Counted from the first letter of the stretch, positions 30,714 through 41,171 are shown. The stretch is 64,000 bases of DNA from Pseudobacteriovorax sp. (GCA_050293845.1 JBNKNM010000001.1:41552-105551); one strand, 5' to 3'. A program made the numbers and translations. Notes: generated by a model from the sequence alone, not told the origin.

Positions 30714-30740
30714 TTATCGCTTTTTCCATTGAAAAGTTTA
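30714..30740 (-). promoter_or_regulatory. Candidate sigma-28 (FliA) promoter
   Basis: Minus strand reads TAAA-N15-AGCGATAA, ending about 34 nt upstream of the 30680 ATG. Confidence 0.5.
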
Positions 30741-30893
30741 GGGTTTATAAATCTGACATAGAATACGCGGAGATAGATGGGGAATAAATTCTGAAAAAAC
30801 TTTTGTTTATTCTTGATTAATTAGGTAAGTACTCTCGTTTGATAGAGTGGTAGGTTACACAGCAACCTACCAATATAGCGCCAATAAGGGAAA

Positions 30894-30917
30894 ATATTCT
30901 TGAATTTTCAAGAATAT
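30894..30917. promoter_or_regulatory. Perfect 11-2-11 inverted repeat upstream of fusA (candidate operator)
   Basis: ATATTCTTGAA-TT-TTCAAGAATAT. Confidence 0.45.
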
Positions 30918-30989
30918 ATGATAGTTAATTTCCTTTTGGTGCGCTTGTTTAATGGTTAATTATCTCAACCCGTAGAAGGTCCATAAGCA

Positions 30990-33101
30990 ATGAAGTTAGA
31001 AAACCTCAGAAACATCGGTATTTCCGCTCATATCGATTCAGGGAAAACTACCCTAACCGAACGTATCCTTTTTTACGCAGGACGTATTCATAAAATAGAA
31101 GAAGTTCGCGGGGGCGGTGATGGCGCCACTATGGACCACATGGAACTTGAGAAAGAACGTGGAATCACGATTACGTCCGCTTCGACGTCTGTTCAATGGA
31201 ACAATTATCCTATCAATATTATTGACACCCCGGGCCACGTTGATTTTACAGTTGAAGTGGAACGATCTTTGCGGGTTTTGGATGGTGCCGTCCTAGTACT
31301 ATGTGGTGTTGCCGGGGTTCAATCCCAGTCCATCACTGTTGACCGACAAATGAAGCGCTACAAAGTCCCTTGTCTTGCGTTTATTAATAAGCTCGATCGC
31401 GCTGGCTCCAACCCTCATCGTGTGATTGGCTTGCTACGCGAGAAGTTAAATCACAATGCTGTTGCTATGCAGATTCCCATTGGCCTTGAAAACGACCACC
31501 AAGGTGTCGTTGACCTGATAACCAAAAAAGCAATTTACTTTGATGGTGACAAGGGTGAGACTGTTCGTGAAGAGGAATGTCCTGCTGACATGGTTGATGA
31601 TATGGAGACTTACCGTGCCGATATGTTGGACAAAATTTCCATGTTTAACGATGAGATGATGGAACTCATGCTTGAGGAGAAAGAAATTCCTGAAGACATG
31701 ATCCACGAGACAGTTAAAAAAGCCGTTCAAAGTCGTGAATTAACACCCGTTTATATGGGATCTGCTTTTAAAAACAAAGGAGTTCATAAACTTCTTGATG
31801 CAGTAACCCGCTACCTACCTTCGCCGCTTGAGCGTGAATACTGGGGTAATGACAACGACAAGGACGGCGAAAAAGTACAAATTTTCCCCGACTCTAGTAA
31901 ACCAACTGTTGCCATGGCTTTCAAAATTACCGACGAGACTTTTGGCCAATTGACCTACACACGCGTCTATCAGGGTGCCATCAAAAAAGGTGAGTCTTAC
32001 TACAACCCGCGCATAGGTAAAAGACAACGCGTGGGTCGTATCGTAAGGATGCACTCAAACGACCGTGAGGACTTAAGCGAGGCCACAGCAGGGGATATTG
32101 TAGCCTTGGTTGGAGTGGACTGCGCCTCTGGTGATACTTTCTGTGACGAAAGCCTTAATGTCACTATGGAAAGCATGTATGTTCCTGAGCCTGTTATCGA
32201 ACTTGCTATTAAGCCAGCAAAACAAGACGATCTTGTAAAAATGTCTAAGGCGCTCAACCGCTTTATGAAGGAAGATCCTACCTTCCGCGTTTTCGTTGAT
32301 CAGGAATCAAACGAAACCCGCATTGCCGGTATGGGTGAGCTGCACCTTGAAATTTATGTTGAGCGTATCCAGCGGGAATACAAAGCCAATGTTATTGTGG
32401 GACAACCCAAGGTGAACTATCGCGAAGCCCCCACTATGCTAGCAAACTTTGACTATAAACATAAGAAGCAAACTGGTGGTTCAGGTCAATATGCCCATGT
32501 AGTTGGAGAGCTGTCTCCCCTACACGAAGATGTTGGCCAATCTACTGGTGATGATGATAAGTCTTTTGAATTTATTAATAGCACCGTCGGTGGCTCTGTT
32601 CCCAAAGAATATATCCCAGGTGTTGAAAAGGGCTTGCGAGAGTCTCTCGATAAAGGACCTATTGCTGGGTGTCAGGTGATCAACTGTAAGGTCGACCTTA
32701 AAGACGGTGGCTTCCACCCCGTTGACTCTTCAGAAATGGCCTTTAAACTGGCTTCACGCGCTGCTTTCAAACAAGCATTCTTGGAATCTAAGCCAGTAAT
32801 TTTAGAGCCTATTATGCGCGTTGAAGTGGAAACCCCTACCGAATTCCAAGGGACGGTTCAAGGTGACCTTTCTTCAAGGCGTGGAATCCTTTTAGGATCT
32901 GATATGCGGGATGATTACACGGTTATTATTGCGGAAGTTCCTCTATCCGAAATGTTTGGCTACTCCACGGACCTTCGATCCTCCACCCAAGGTAAGGCCG
33001 GGTTCTCTATGGAATTTGCCACCTATAAACCTGTACCAGCTTCTATCCAAGAACAACTTAAGAAAAAGCACCAGGAAGACCAGGCTAAGGGTAACAAATA
33101 A
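30990..33101 (+). CDS. fusA: Elongation factor G (stand-alone, spdEFG1-like)
   Basis: [55 protein letters not shown]. Confidence 0.97.
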   Translation: MKLENLRNIGISAHIDSGKTTLTERILFYAGRIHKIEEVRGGGDGATMDHMELEKERGITITSASTSVQWNNYPINIIDTPGHVDFTVEVERSLRVLDGAVLVLCGVAGVQSQSITVDRQMKRYKVPCLAFINKLDRAGSNPHRVIGLLREKLNHNAVAMQIPIGLENDHQGVVDLITKKAIYFDGDKGETVREEECPADMVDDMETYRADMLDKISMFNDEMMELMLEEKEIPEDMIHETVKKAVQSRELTPVYMGSAFKNKGVHKLLDAVTRYLPSPLEREYWGNDNDKDGEKVQIFPDSSKPTVAMAFKITDETFGQLTYTRVYQGAIKKGESYYNPRIGKRQRVGRIVRMHSNDREDLSEATAGDIVALVGVDCASGDTFCDESLNVTMESMYVPEPVIELAIKPAKQDDLVKMSKALNRFMKEDPTFRVFVDQESNETRIAGMGELHLEIYVERIQREYKANVIVGQPKVNYREAPTMLANFDYKHKKQTGGSGQYAHVVGELSPLHEDVGQSTGDDDKSFEFINSTVGGSVPKEYIPGVEKGLRESLDKGPIAGCQVINCKVDLKDGGFHPVDSSEMAFKLASRAAFKQAFLESKPVILEPIMRVEVETPTEFQGTVQGDLSSRRGILLGSDMRDDYTVIIAEVPLSEMFGYSTDLRSSTQGKAGFSMEFATYKPVPASIQEQLKKKHQEDQAKGNK

Positions 33102-33126
33102 TCCTTTACATATAACATAAAATTTT

Positions 33127-33168
33127 AAAGCCCCACTGTACGATAAATTAAGCAGTGGGGCTTTTTTT
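33127..33168 (+). terminator. Intrinsic terminator after fusA
   Basis: AAAGCCCCACTG-N14-CAGTGGGGC followed by T7. Confidence 0.85.
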
Positions 33169-33336
33169 GCCTTTTTTCCGCATAAGGCTTGGTCAAGAAA
33201 CATGCAGCAGTACAAGAATTCCCATGACTTTATGCTTCCCATGAATAGGCAAAGATTGCATCGATCAGCCCTTAATTAAAGCGTCAAAAACTCGATACTA
33301 TTTAATACAGGATAAGAACTCTACAGGAGGTTTTTC

Positions 33337-33501
33337 ATGGCTAGGAAGGCCGATCAAACTCGCAAACCGGAGTTAAAACTAGTTAAGTCAAGTAGCGAAC
33401 AGCAATCACAGGTACCGGTTTTTCACTCCCAACTGGCGCAAGAGCTAGATCGTTTCGCTGATAACCTAGATCTTATGGTTGAGATCATTCGCAACAGCTA
33501 A
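33337..33501 (+). CDS. Small 54-aa protein, absent from the ORF track
   Basis: AGGAGG-N6-ATG; MARKADQTRKPELKLVKSSSEQQSQVPVFHSQLAQELDRFADNLDLMVEIIRNS*; stop abuts the convergent gene. Confidence 0.65.
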   Translation: MARKADQTRKPELKLVKSSSEQQSQVPVFHSQLAQELDRFADNLDLMVEIIRNS

Positions 33502-34139
33502 ACTTTCGCAGTTCGTCGCGGACGATCAGCCATTGATTCAAAAATTGACTTTTGAGTCATGCAAAGCTCATTGTTAAGCTCTATGATAGCTCCTTCAAGC
33601 TGTTGCAAGATAACTTTCGCCGTAGACTTCCAATTAAGCTCCTGAATAGACATCTGCATAGCTATCGCAGCACGGTGAACTTTATTATAGATAAGTTTTA
33701 TATTAGCAAGCGAAATCCTTTTATCCAACAGCACGATCACGTGATCTATCAGATCTAAAATCAAATCCACATCTCCACATAAAGTAGCAAGATCAACAGG
33801 TTCTTCAGAGCTTTCAGCCTGCCAGCATTTGACAGCCATAGGTTTAAGGGATCTTTCCATAACTACTGTGAGATTTCTCAGAGCATCAATGGTTTGAATA
33901 GAAATCTCAGTGGGAGAATCTATTCTTAATTCCAAGTGTGAATCATCATCTAAGATGATGCTGGCGAGATCAGAGCTGTCACTTTCACATTCAATATCCT
34001 TTCCATCAATGGATATTTTTGTAATCGTGTGATCAGGATGTAATAGATGACTTTCTACCCAATTTATAGCTTCTCCCAAGTTTTTAATAGGAATAGGTAC
34101 CGGTACTTTTTTTTGGTTTAAAATAATAAACTTCAACAT
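33498..34139 (-). CDS. Hypothetical protein (N-terminal beta-grasp-like region, helical C-terminus)
   Basis: 213 aa; RBS AGGAG; 14 nt downstream of the GT-TPR gene. Confidence 0.7.
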   Translation of the reverse strand: MLKFIILNQKKVPVPIPIKNLGEAINWVESHLLHPDHTITKISIDGKDIECESDSSDLASIILDDDSHLELRIDSPTEISIQTIDALRNLTVVMERSLKPMAVKCWQAESSEEPVDLATLCGDVDLILDLIDHVIVLLDKRISLANIKLIYNKVHRAAIAMQMSIQELNWKSTAKVILQQLEGAIIELNNELCMTQKSIFESMADRPRRTAKV

Positions 34140-34153
34140 GGATGCATAGTCTC

Positions 34154-36004
34154 CTATCCGTTTGAAGAAGACGCATTAGTTTCATCTAAGGCTGTCTGAG
34201 CTTGCTTGAGCAGAGCAGCAGCTTTCTGGTCCCTGGGATCAACATCGGTAATGGTTTTCATCAGAGCTATTACATCCTGATAGCACTTTGATCTAAAGTA
34301 TATCCCGCCTAAAGTATAGATAAAGTTGTAATCGTTAGGATGAATAGCAAGATATCTCTTTAGAGCATCTTCAACCTTTACATAATCCTCCGTTTCGTGA
34401 GATGCTTTCACTAAACTGTATAGAGCAGCAGTGTTTTCTGGGTTTATTTGCAAACTTTTCGCGATCCATCGCTTAGCTTCTTTCCACTCACTCATTCCCT
34501 GAAATGCCAATCCCAATCCTAAATTTGCCATCTCATCATCTGGAGCTAAGCTTACAGCTTTTTGGAAGTGTATTACCGCAATATCATAGCTATTTTTCAT
34601 CAAACCGATAGTTCCTAGTCCAATATAAGTACGCGATGAATAAGGATCAAGTTCAGCAGATGAAATATAGGAATTTTTTGCTCCTTCATAGTCACCTAAT
34701 TTTACAAAGCAATCACCTACCATGCGATAAAGGTTTGATCGGTGATGGACGGGCATATCCTTCATTTTAAATATCGCCTCAATCAAGTCAATAGCTGCCA
34801 TATACTGCTTACTTTTTATTTTAGCTTCAATTTCAAGCACTTGATGATCTAGACCATTCTTATCTATCTTGATATCGGTAGCAACAAATTCGGTGAATAC
34901 TTGCTCCATATTTGTCTTCACGCTATCAAAACTGTACATTTTTTGATAAGTGTTAAAATTCTTTCTAGTAATATCTTTGATAAGACTCACTGCTTCACTG
35001 AGCTTGATGATGGTTTTCTTGAGACTCAAAGGAGAACCTTGACAAAAATCAAGTCGATGCTTTCCAAGAAATTGTTCAACAAGGGGAGACCGGCTTGCCA
35101 TCACTGGTATCTGACTAGCCATTGCTGTGAGAATACGATAAGGATCTCCATCAATTCTGTCTCTACAAGGTAATGAAGAAATATATACGGTATCTGTAGC
35201 CTGATAAATTGCTTTAAGCGACTCTCGACTGGGCGCAAAATAGGAAACACAGAAATCTGTTTCAAAATTAATAGTAGTATCCTTCAGCTCATTCGCAAAA
35301 GACCCAATACCACATACAATAATTTTAATCTTATCTTTTAAAGATGGTCTTTCTTTCATAGCAAGTCTCGTTGCAGCCATCAAATCTTGAAGTCCCTCTT
35401 CCCATTCAATAGGACCTAAGCAAGAAATAATCACATCACCCTCAGCGAAACCAAGCTTTTCTCTAGCCAAGGCTCTCATTTTTTTATCTTGTGATGTACG
35501 AGACTCTACATATGGCAGCATTTCAAGAATTCTAGTTTCCTCAATACCTTCAATTTCTAGGGTTGTACGTGCTGCCTTTGATTGAACAATGAATCCATCC
35601 GCTGCGTTTGTAACTTCGGTACGAATAGTTCGCATTTGATCCACATCATTTGCTGGATAAGGAACCAGATTATCCACCCAAACAAGCATACGAAACTGGA
35701 ACCGCCACTTAGCTTTAAGTACTTGATAGGCATAAAGCCCAATTCTTTCTTTTACAACAACGACATCATAGTTTTTCAGTACTTTTTCTAGTCCAGGAAG
35801 AAAAGTAGGGTTTTCATCATGGTCTTTAAGTACTACACATGTTAAATCTTGAAAAAAGCTATTTTGAGTAATGTAAGAGGCAATCGACTCAGAGGTAATT
35901 AATTGTACATTGTAATCTTCTGTAAGAAGCCTGAATTGATCGATTTCTTCGATACTGGGTAAACACCCTATAACTAGAGCTAACTTTGTTCGCGCCTCTT
36001 CCAT
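34154..36004 (-). CDS. GT4-like (GT-B) glycosyltransferase domain fused to TPR repeats
   Basis: AREKLG, GPIEWEEG, IIVCG.G, YQATD, AMASQIPVMAS; C-terminal TPRs (AELDP, AVSLAP, SLQINP, LAIHP). Confidence 0.75.
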   Translation of the reverse strand: MEEARTKLALVIGCLPSIEEIDQFRLLTEDYNVQLITSESIASYITQNSFFQDLTCVVLKDHDENPTFLPGLEKVLKNYDVVVVKERIGLYAYQVLKAKWRFQFRMLVWVDNLVPYPANDVDQMRTIRTEVTNAADGFIVQSKAARTTLEIEGIEETRILEMLPYVESRTSQDKKMRALAREKLGFAEGDVIISCLGPIEWEEGLQDLMAATRLAMKERPSLKDKIKIIVCGIGSFANELKDTTINFETDFCVSYFAPSRESLKAIYQATDTVYISSLPCRDRIDGDPYRILTAMASQIPVMASRSPLVEQFLGKHRLDFCQGSPLSLKKTIIKLSEAVSLIKDITRKNFNTYQKMYSFDSVKTNMEQVFTEFVATDIKIDKNGLDHQVLEIEAKIKSKQYMAAIDLIEAIFKMKDMPVHHRSNLYRMVGDCFVKLGDYEGAKNSYISSAELDPYSSRTYIGLGTIGLMKNSYDIAVIHFQKAVSLAPDDEMANLGLGLAFQGMSEWKEAKRWIAKSLQINPENTAALYSLVKASHETEDYVKVEDALKRYLAIHPNDYNFIYTLGGIYFRSKCYQDVIALMKTITDVDPRDQKAAALLKQAQTALDETNASSSNG

Positions 36005-36030
36005 AACTATATTCTCCTAAAAGAAGCAAA

Positions 36031-36405
36031 TTAAATGCCCAGACTTATTCCAGACTCACGACGAATCGCTGATCTAAATTTGCTTAGTTTTTCTCTGTTA
36101 TGAGTAGCTTTTACAAGCTGATGATTGAGTTGCTGGCAAAGCTCCCTAATGACTGCTTCAAGTTTAACGTTTTTTTCACGAATATGCTTCCAAAGCACCT
36201 GAAACGCTTGGTCCGCACTATACTGGGGATCATACTGCTGGGCAACAAAGTCCCAATAGCGAAAATTGTTAAAGGCAGCCTTACGATCTTGCAGAGTGTT
36301 GATAAAGCTATCCCAATCAGCACGTTCAGCGGCTTCAATGGCCAGCTGGCCACGTTTTAAATAGATCTCAAGGATTGCTTTCGTTTTCCCTAGGGGTCCG
36401 TCCAC
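36031..36405 (-). CDS. Small helical hypothetical protein (FliT/FlgN-like chaperone appearance)
   Basis: 124 aa, all-helical; DWDSFINTLQDRKAAF resembles the FliT pattern; first gene of a three-gene unit. Confidence 0.5.
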   Translation of the reverse strand: MDGPLGKTKAILEIYLKRGQLAIEAAERADWDSFINTLQDRKAAFNNFRYWDFVAQQYDPQYSADQAFQVLWKHIREKNVKLEAVIRELCQQLNHQLVKATHNREKLSKFRSAIRRESGISLGI

Positions 36406-36674
36406 GACAATGCCTTATTTTTTCGCTCCTACTGTTTATTCTAAGAGATAGATCATAAGACTGTCAAACTGGGTATACCAAGCCCGGATTCGAAAATTTG
36501 CCCTTCTTTGCATCGTTTTTAATGCTAACTAGCTATTTACTTAATCCCGACATTGATCACGTTTTAGAGAAATGAAGGCTGCACATTCTAGAAGCTAAAC
36601 ACCCAAGGCTTCCAAGATCACGATGTGAACAATTTTCATTGCTGTTTATTGATTCGTTGCACTCACACTCAATA

Positions 36675-37601
36675 CTATAGAGATCTGAAATTAGGACGTC
36701 CTATACTACCACTAAGCTTGTACTTTGCTTCCCCATTTTTTCCACCCATCATACTGAGAACAAAGTCAAAGTTTTCTTTCAGATTTCCGACAATTTTTAA
36801 ATCCACACCAATATTGAGAAGTGAGTTGGGAGGAGGGTTCTTCAACTGGGCATAGCCATTGATATCAATCATAAGTTCCTGGCTGTGGAAACCCGAGGTC
36901 TTAGAAATATTGAGGCGTCCCCCTTGTAGGTTTGCCTGCACAGCAGCCTTAGTAAAAATCTGTTTTGATAAGCTTAAATTTGGATCATTCATATCTAAAG
37001 AAGCTTTCAATAGCTTCAAATCTACACGACCACTTGATTGCACAGGATCATCTACGACAAGATCAGCCTCTACTTGCCCATCCAGTGAGCCCGCAATCAT
37101 CATTTTGGACAGTGTACCCTTAATAAGATTGTTTGCTGATTTAGCATATGTTTTTAGACCGAAGCCAGCTACCTGGCCAAAGTCGAAATCATGGGCTTCC
37201 ATTTCAATCCCTAAAGGAATAAAGTTATTATAGGCAATAAGCTGGTTCATTCCCCATCTGGCTGAGAGATCAAGGGTTCCCTTGTTACGACTAATGATTT
37301 CAGCATCGACTCCAAGCTGCCACATAAAGATACGAAATATGACCAGGGAGACTTCAATCTTACGCAAATTAATGGCTTGGGCTTCCTCCCCCTTGGAAAT
37401 AGTAACTCCCTCAGCGACAAAACCGATGGGAAGGTTTGGACCAAAGTCATCTATTTTGACAGTAAGTCCTGTATTACGACTAATTTCAGATACCAATGCT
37501 TCTTTTAGAATACCATAGGGAAAAGTTAAGTATAAAAAGAACAGGAAGCTAGTAATAAACAAAACGATATATGCGAATTTACTTCCTTTTTTCTCTGCCA
37601 C
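36675..37601 (-). CDS. gspN: Type II secretion protein GspN
   Basis: FLYLTFPY N-terminal anchor, C-terminal LSGSIGRP; last gene of the gsp operon. Confidence 0.8.
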   Translation of the reverse strand: MAEKKGSKFAYIVLFITSFLFFLYLTFPYGILKEALVSEISRNTGLTVKIDDFGPNLPIGFVAEGVTISKGEEAQAINLRKIEVSLVIFRIFMWQLGVDAEIISRNKGTLDLSARWGMNQLIAYNNFIPLGIEMEAHDFDFGQVAGFGLKTYAKSANNLIKGTLSKMMIAGSLDGQVEADLVVDDPVQSSGRVDLKLLKASLDMNDPNLSLSKQIFTKAAVQANLQGGRLNISKTSGFHSQELMIDINGYAQLKNPPPNSLLNIGVDLKIVGNLKENFDFVLSMMGGKNGEAKYKLSGSIGRPNFRSL

Positions 37602-38263
37602 TATTTAGATCCCCCAAGTTTATAACCTATTACTTTTGCACTCGTCTCAAAGTAAAGCCGGTCGCCATATCGCGTTCTAATTTGCAAGTTGTTAATATTG
37701 AGATTTTTACCCGATTTTTCGATTTCACCTAAAAACTTCAGCATGCGTGGGATGGAAACTTTTGGCAATCTGAACTCTACTGCTACATGCTTAAAATCTG
37801 CTGACAAAGGACTATCTGGCGAAATATCTAATTCATTTGACCTTAAATCCGTAATCGTCACTCCTACCTGATTAGACTTAGACTCAAAAAACGGCTTAGG
37901 TCGAAATCCTTGAGAAGACCTTCTGATGATATTGGTAAGTTCCCGGTATCGCTTTTCCTCAAAATCGTATGTCTGCGCCAGGGAGCGTAACTCTTGTAGG
38001 GCCTCAAAACTAGAATTTAATTCTTTTTCCAAAGCATTGATCTGAGAAAAATATATACCAAAAGCGCCGAAAACGAATATCATCAATGCTCCCAAAACCC
38101 CTAGCAAAACCCCTGTCTGCTGGTTGGGAGATAGCTTATAGAAACTATCCATGATAAAATCGAGCCGCTCATTGTTCGGCCCCAAAATATATTTTTTTAG
38201 AAAATCTGCAACCCGCGAAAATGTGGAATCAATTTGGTCACCAATATTTCCTATAGCACTCAT
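37601..38263 (-). CDS. gspM: Type II secretion protein GspM
   Basis: LSPNQQ, TM, coiled coil, ferredoxin-like end; lies between gspL and gspN. Confidence 0.7.
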   Translation of the reverse strand: MSAIGNIGDQIDSTFSRVADFLKKYILGPNNERLDFIMDSFYKLSPNQQTGVLLGVLGALMIFVFGAFGIYFSQINALEKELNSSFEALQELRSLAQTYDFEEKRYRELTNIIRRSSQGFRPKPFFESKSNQVGVTITDLRSNELDISPDSPLSADFKHVAVEFRLPKVSIPRMLKFLGEIEKSGKNLNINNLQIRTRYGDRLYFETSAKVIGYKLGGSK

Positions 38264-39915
38264 TATCCCGCCTTATAATTTGCATGAACCGTAAATTCAA
38301 TGATCTTACCATCTGAACCAGGCTTAGTTCCTGACTGTTTTTCTTCTATATCTTTCAAAATAGCAACTTTACCCAAAGCTTCAATTATAGCTGATTGCGA
38401 AGAAAAATTATCTGTTTCTGCTTTAAGAATCAACGTACCTTCACCAGGAAAAGTGGTTTTGAATTCAAACAAAGTCACATCGATTTTGATGCTTTTCGGT
38501 AGTTGTGTTGATACTTCTTTAAGGATTCTTAAAGCTCCACTTTCCTTATTTACAAGGCGAAATTCCTCAATAGCATTCTGCTTTTCTGCAATTTTTGACT
38601 TTAGCATGTTTTCGCTATCACGTCTTAGTTTGGTAAAGACAACATTAGAGCGATTCGCTCTTTTCCTTTGGTCGGGAAGGACCTTTACAAACTCCTTTTT
38701 ATATTCCTCCGCAACTTTACTGATTTGGGTTTGATAAAAATAGTATTTAAACCCATAAGTCACTGCTAATATACCCATCAGAATTACAAATAATTTTAAG
38801 GCAAGGGTAGCGCCACGGAGCATGGATTCATAGTTTTGAACATAGGAAAATTCTCCACGTCGGAGGTTAATTTGCGAGTGCTTTTTCACATTAGTGACAG
38901 CTCGCAATCCTATAGCTAAACTTTGCAGTAGGATTTCCTGACGACCCTCGAGTTCAGGATTAACAATTAAATCCGTATTAGCTAGCGAAAATCGTTCTAC
39001 ATGAACCTCTAATTGCTCCGCCAGAAAGCGATCAAAATTGGTAAGCCTGGAGGTGCCACCCGAAACTATAATTTTGGTAAGTGGTTGTTTGTCCCAATTC
39101 TTATAAGCATAGAAAGTCCTCCCTAGTTCTTTAACAATCGCATTAGAAGCTAGAGTGGTTCTTTCAGCTACAATTCTATCCTCAGCACTGAGAGAGTCAC
39201 CCACATCCTCAGAGTACAAGACTCTACTGACCCGGTGCTTTGCCCTTTGCGCATCATGAAATGATGTTTCCAAGTCTCGCGCTAAGAAATCGGTTATGTA
39301 ACGCCCTCCCAGATTGATGGAGCGAAACATTTTCAAAATCCCGTTTTGAATGATGCAAACAGATGTTTTTTCATTTCCGACATCGACCAAAGCATAGCAT
39401 TCATCATCGGCAACTTTAATATTTGAGCTTAAGTTGTAAAAGGCTAGACTATCGACATCAATTAACTTGGGATCAATATTGATACGACTTAGCAAGTCTA
39501 AAAAATTTTTTAAGAAAGCTTTCCGGGTCATTACCGCTAGAGCTAACGTTTTCCCAGACGAATGCCCTAAAATTTGATGATCTAATATCATATCATCCAT
39601 ATTAAAGGGTACATAATCTTCTATCTCTACGCCGATTGTCGCACTTATTTTTCGAGGATCGGCAAAGGGAAACGGCAGTACCCGAGATGAGATAAATTGC
39701 CCTGGCATAGCTGTGATGATGCGGTCTGCCTGTAAGTTATACTCCGTAAACAATTGCTCCATACACACAGGAACAATGGCATCAAGAGGAACTCCTTCCA
39801 GGTTTGGAATCACTGTTTCATAAAAATTTAAGATCTCGTATGACTTAAACGTATTAACAATTTCCACTGCTTTTATGGAATAACTACCAATATCTAATCC
39901 GATAACCTTTTGCAT
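38263..39915 (-). CDS. gspL: GspL with a PilM-like actin domain fused to a PilN-like region
   Basis: GLDIGSYSIK, VDVGNEKT, SGGTSRL, INLRRGEF, TM, periplasmic domain. Confidence 0.82.
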   Translation of the reverse strand: MQKVIGLDIGSYSIKAVEIVNTFKSYEILNFYETVIPNLEGVPLDAIVPVCMEQLFTEYNLQADRIITAMPGQFISSRVLPFPFADPRKISATIGVEIEDYVPFNMDDMILDHQILGHSSGKTLALAVMTRKAFLKNFLDLLSRINIDPKLIDVDSLAFYNLSSNIKVADDECYALVDVGNEKTSVCIIQNGILKMFRSINLGGRYITDFLARDLETSFHDAQRAKHRVSRVLYSEDVGDSLSAEDRIVAERTTLASNAIVKELGRTFYAYKNWDKQPLTKIIVSGGTSRLTNFDRFLAEQLEVHVERFSLANTDLIVNPELEGRQEILLQSLAIGLRAVTNVKKHSQINLRRGEFSYVQNYESMLRGATLALKLFVILMGILAVTYGFKYYFYQTQISKVAEEYKKEFVKVLPDQRKRANRSNVVFTKLRRDSENMLKSKIAEKQNAIEEFRLVNKESGALRILKEVSTQLPKSIKIDVTLFEFKTTFPGEGTLILKAETDNFSSQSAIIEALGKVAILKDIEEKQSGTKPGSDGKIIEFTVHANYKAG

Positions 39916-39959
39916 GGAGAGCCTATCCCCTTAAAATACCAATCAATGCTTCTATCATT

Positions 39960-41171
39960 TTATAACATTTTCCAATAAAGGTACTTATATGTACCTTTAA
40001 ACTCATCTTTTAGGTCAATCTCGTCAGGGACTCCCCGTTGTAAAACCATAGACAGTTTTCGTGTTTGATCTTCTACCAAAGCTTCTACGTTTACCCTAAA
40101 AATATCCGTGCGATAAGTAAATTGCTTTGCAAGTTTTTCATCAGCTGAGCAGTATTCACGACTCAGTCTGTTTTTAGTTTCTTCATAGTTCGCTATTGGT
40201 CCATTATCTTCTCTATTATTATATGATTTGGTAGAGGACTCCGGGCATTCCCGGATTGACCGAGGTAATAAACACCCCAAAAGCTCTCGGCTCACGGAAT
40301 TGAAATTAACGAAAAGCCGAGACTCTTGAACATCTGTCGGTGGATTAGGGAATACTGTAAGGTAAGGCGAAAATATCTTATGCATGTCAGCATCCCAGCC
40401 AGGAATCAAACGTAATTCTTCGATGGAATCGAATCGCGCATTTTTAGGCCCTAGGCCCTCTTTATCTATATTTTCGTATGGATCTTCTTCTGAGCTGTAA
40501 TTAGCACCTGTTATGGGGCGGTTATCTTGATCGACATAGTCTCGCACCATCATAATAAGATCTTTGGCAATAATTTTTTTCCTTTCAAGATACTCCCTTT
40601 CCGCAGGACAGCTTAGTAGGGCTTCCAGCATCTCCATGCATTTTTGTCCCCGACCGACAGCACAAAAATTGATATTAATCTTTGCACTTTCATCTTCTAC
40701 ATTAAGAATAAAGGACCCACCCAGTTCTTTTAGCTGGTCCAAAACCTTGCTATCTGCAATCGAACTCAATTTAAAGTTTTCCTGAAAGGTGGAAAGTAAT
40801 TCTAATGTGTCCCCACCAATGGGAAGACCATTAATTTGACTCCAGATTGGTGGTATCGGAGTACCTGGAGCGAGTTCAAAAACGGTAAGCTCCAAAGCCA
40901 AGTCAGAAGTAATTAAAAAAGCACCAAGGTTAGCCCCACTTTTCGCTACATATTCCCCTTTAGTATTAAGGTGATTACCCAAAGCGAGGCGTAAAGCTAC
41001 AGCTGAGGATAATTTGAGTTCCGTCAGAAAAAGCATGACCATAGCCGTCACGAGCAAGGCTACCAGCATGGCCACACCACGGTTTGAATTGCATTCCTGA
41101 CCTTGCTCTTCCGACTCCTCAATGGGAAAGCCAAAGTAAAATTTTACGTTTTTTTTCGACTTTCTGCCCAT
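39960..41171 (-). CDS. gspK: Minor pseudopilin GspK
   Basis: RG|VAMLVAL, DESAKININ, DYVDQD, PKNARFDSIEELRLIPG, PYLTV. Confidence 0.88.
   Translation of the reverse strand: MGRKSKKNVKFYFGFPIEESEEQGQECNSNRGVAMLVALLVTAMVMLFLTELKLSSAVALRLALGNHLNTKGEYVAKSGANLGAFLITSDLALELTVFELAPGTPIPPIWSQINGLPIGGDTLELLSTFQENFKLSSIADSKVLDQLKELGGSFILNVEDESAKININFCAVGRGQKCMEMLEALLSCPAEREYLERKKIIAKDLIMMVRDYVDQDNRPITGANYSSEEDPYENIDKEGLGPKNARFDSIEELRLIPGWDADMHKIFSPYLTVFPNPPTDVQESRLFVNFNSVSRELLGCLLPRSIRECPESSTKSYNNREDNGPIANYEETKNRLSREYCSADEKLAKQFTYRTDIFRVNVEALVEDQTRKLSMVLQRGVPDEIDLKDEFKGTYKYLYWKML

Noticed and set aside
38263..39915. Calling this gene pilM of a type IV pilus operon
   Set aside because: It is fused to a TM/PilN-like region and sits between gspK and gspM in a complete T2SS operon, so GspL fits better
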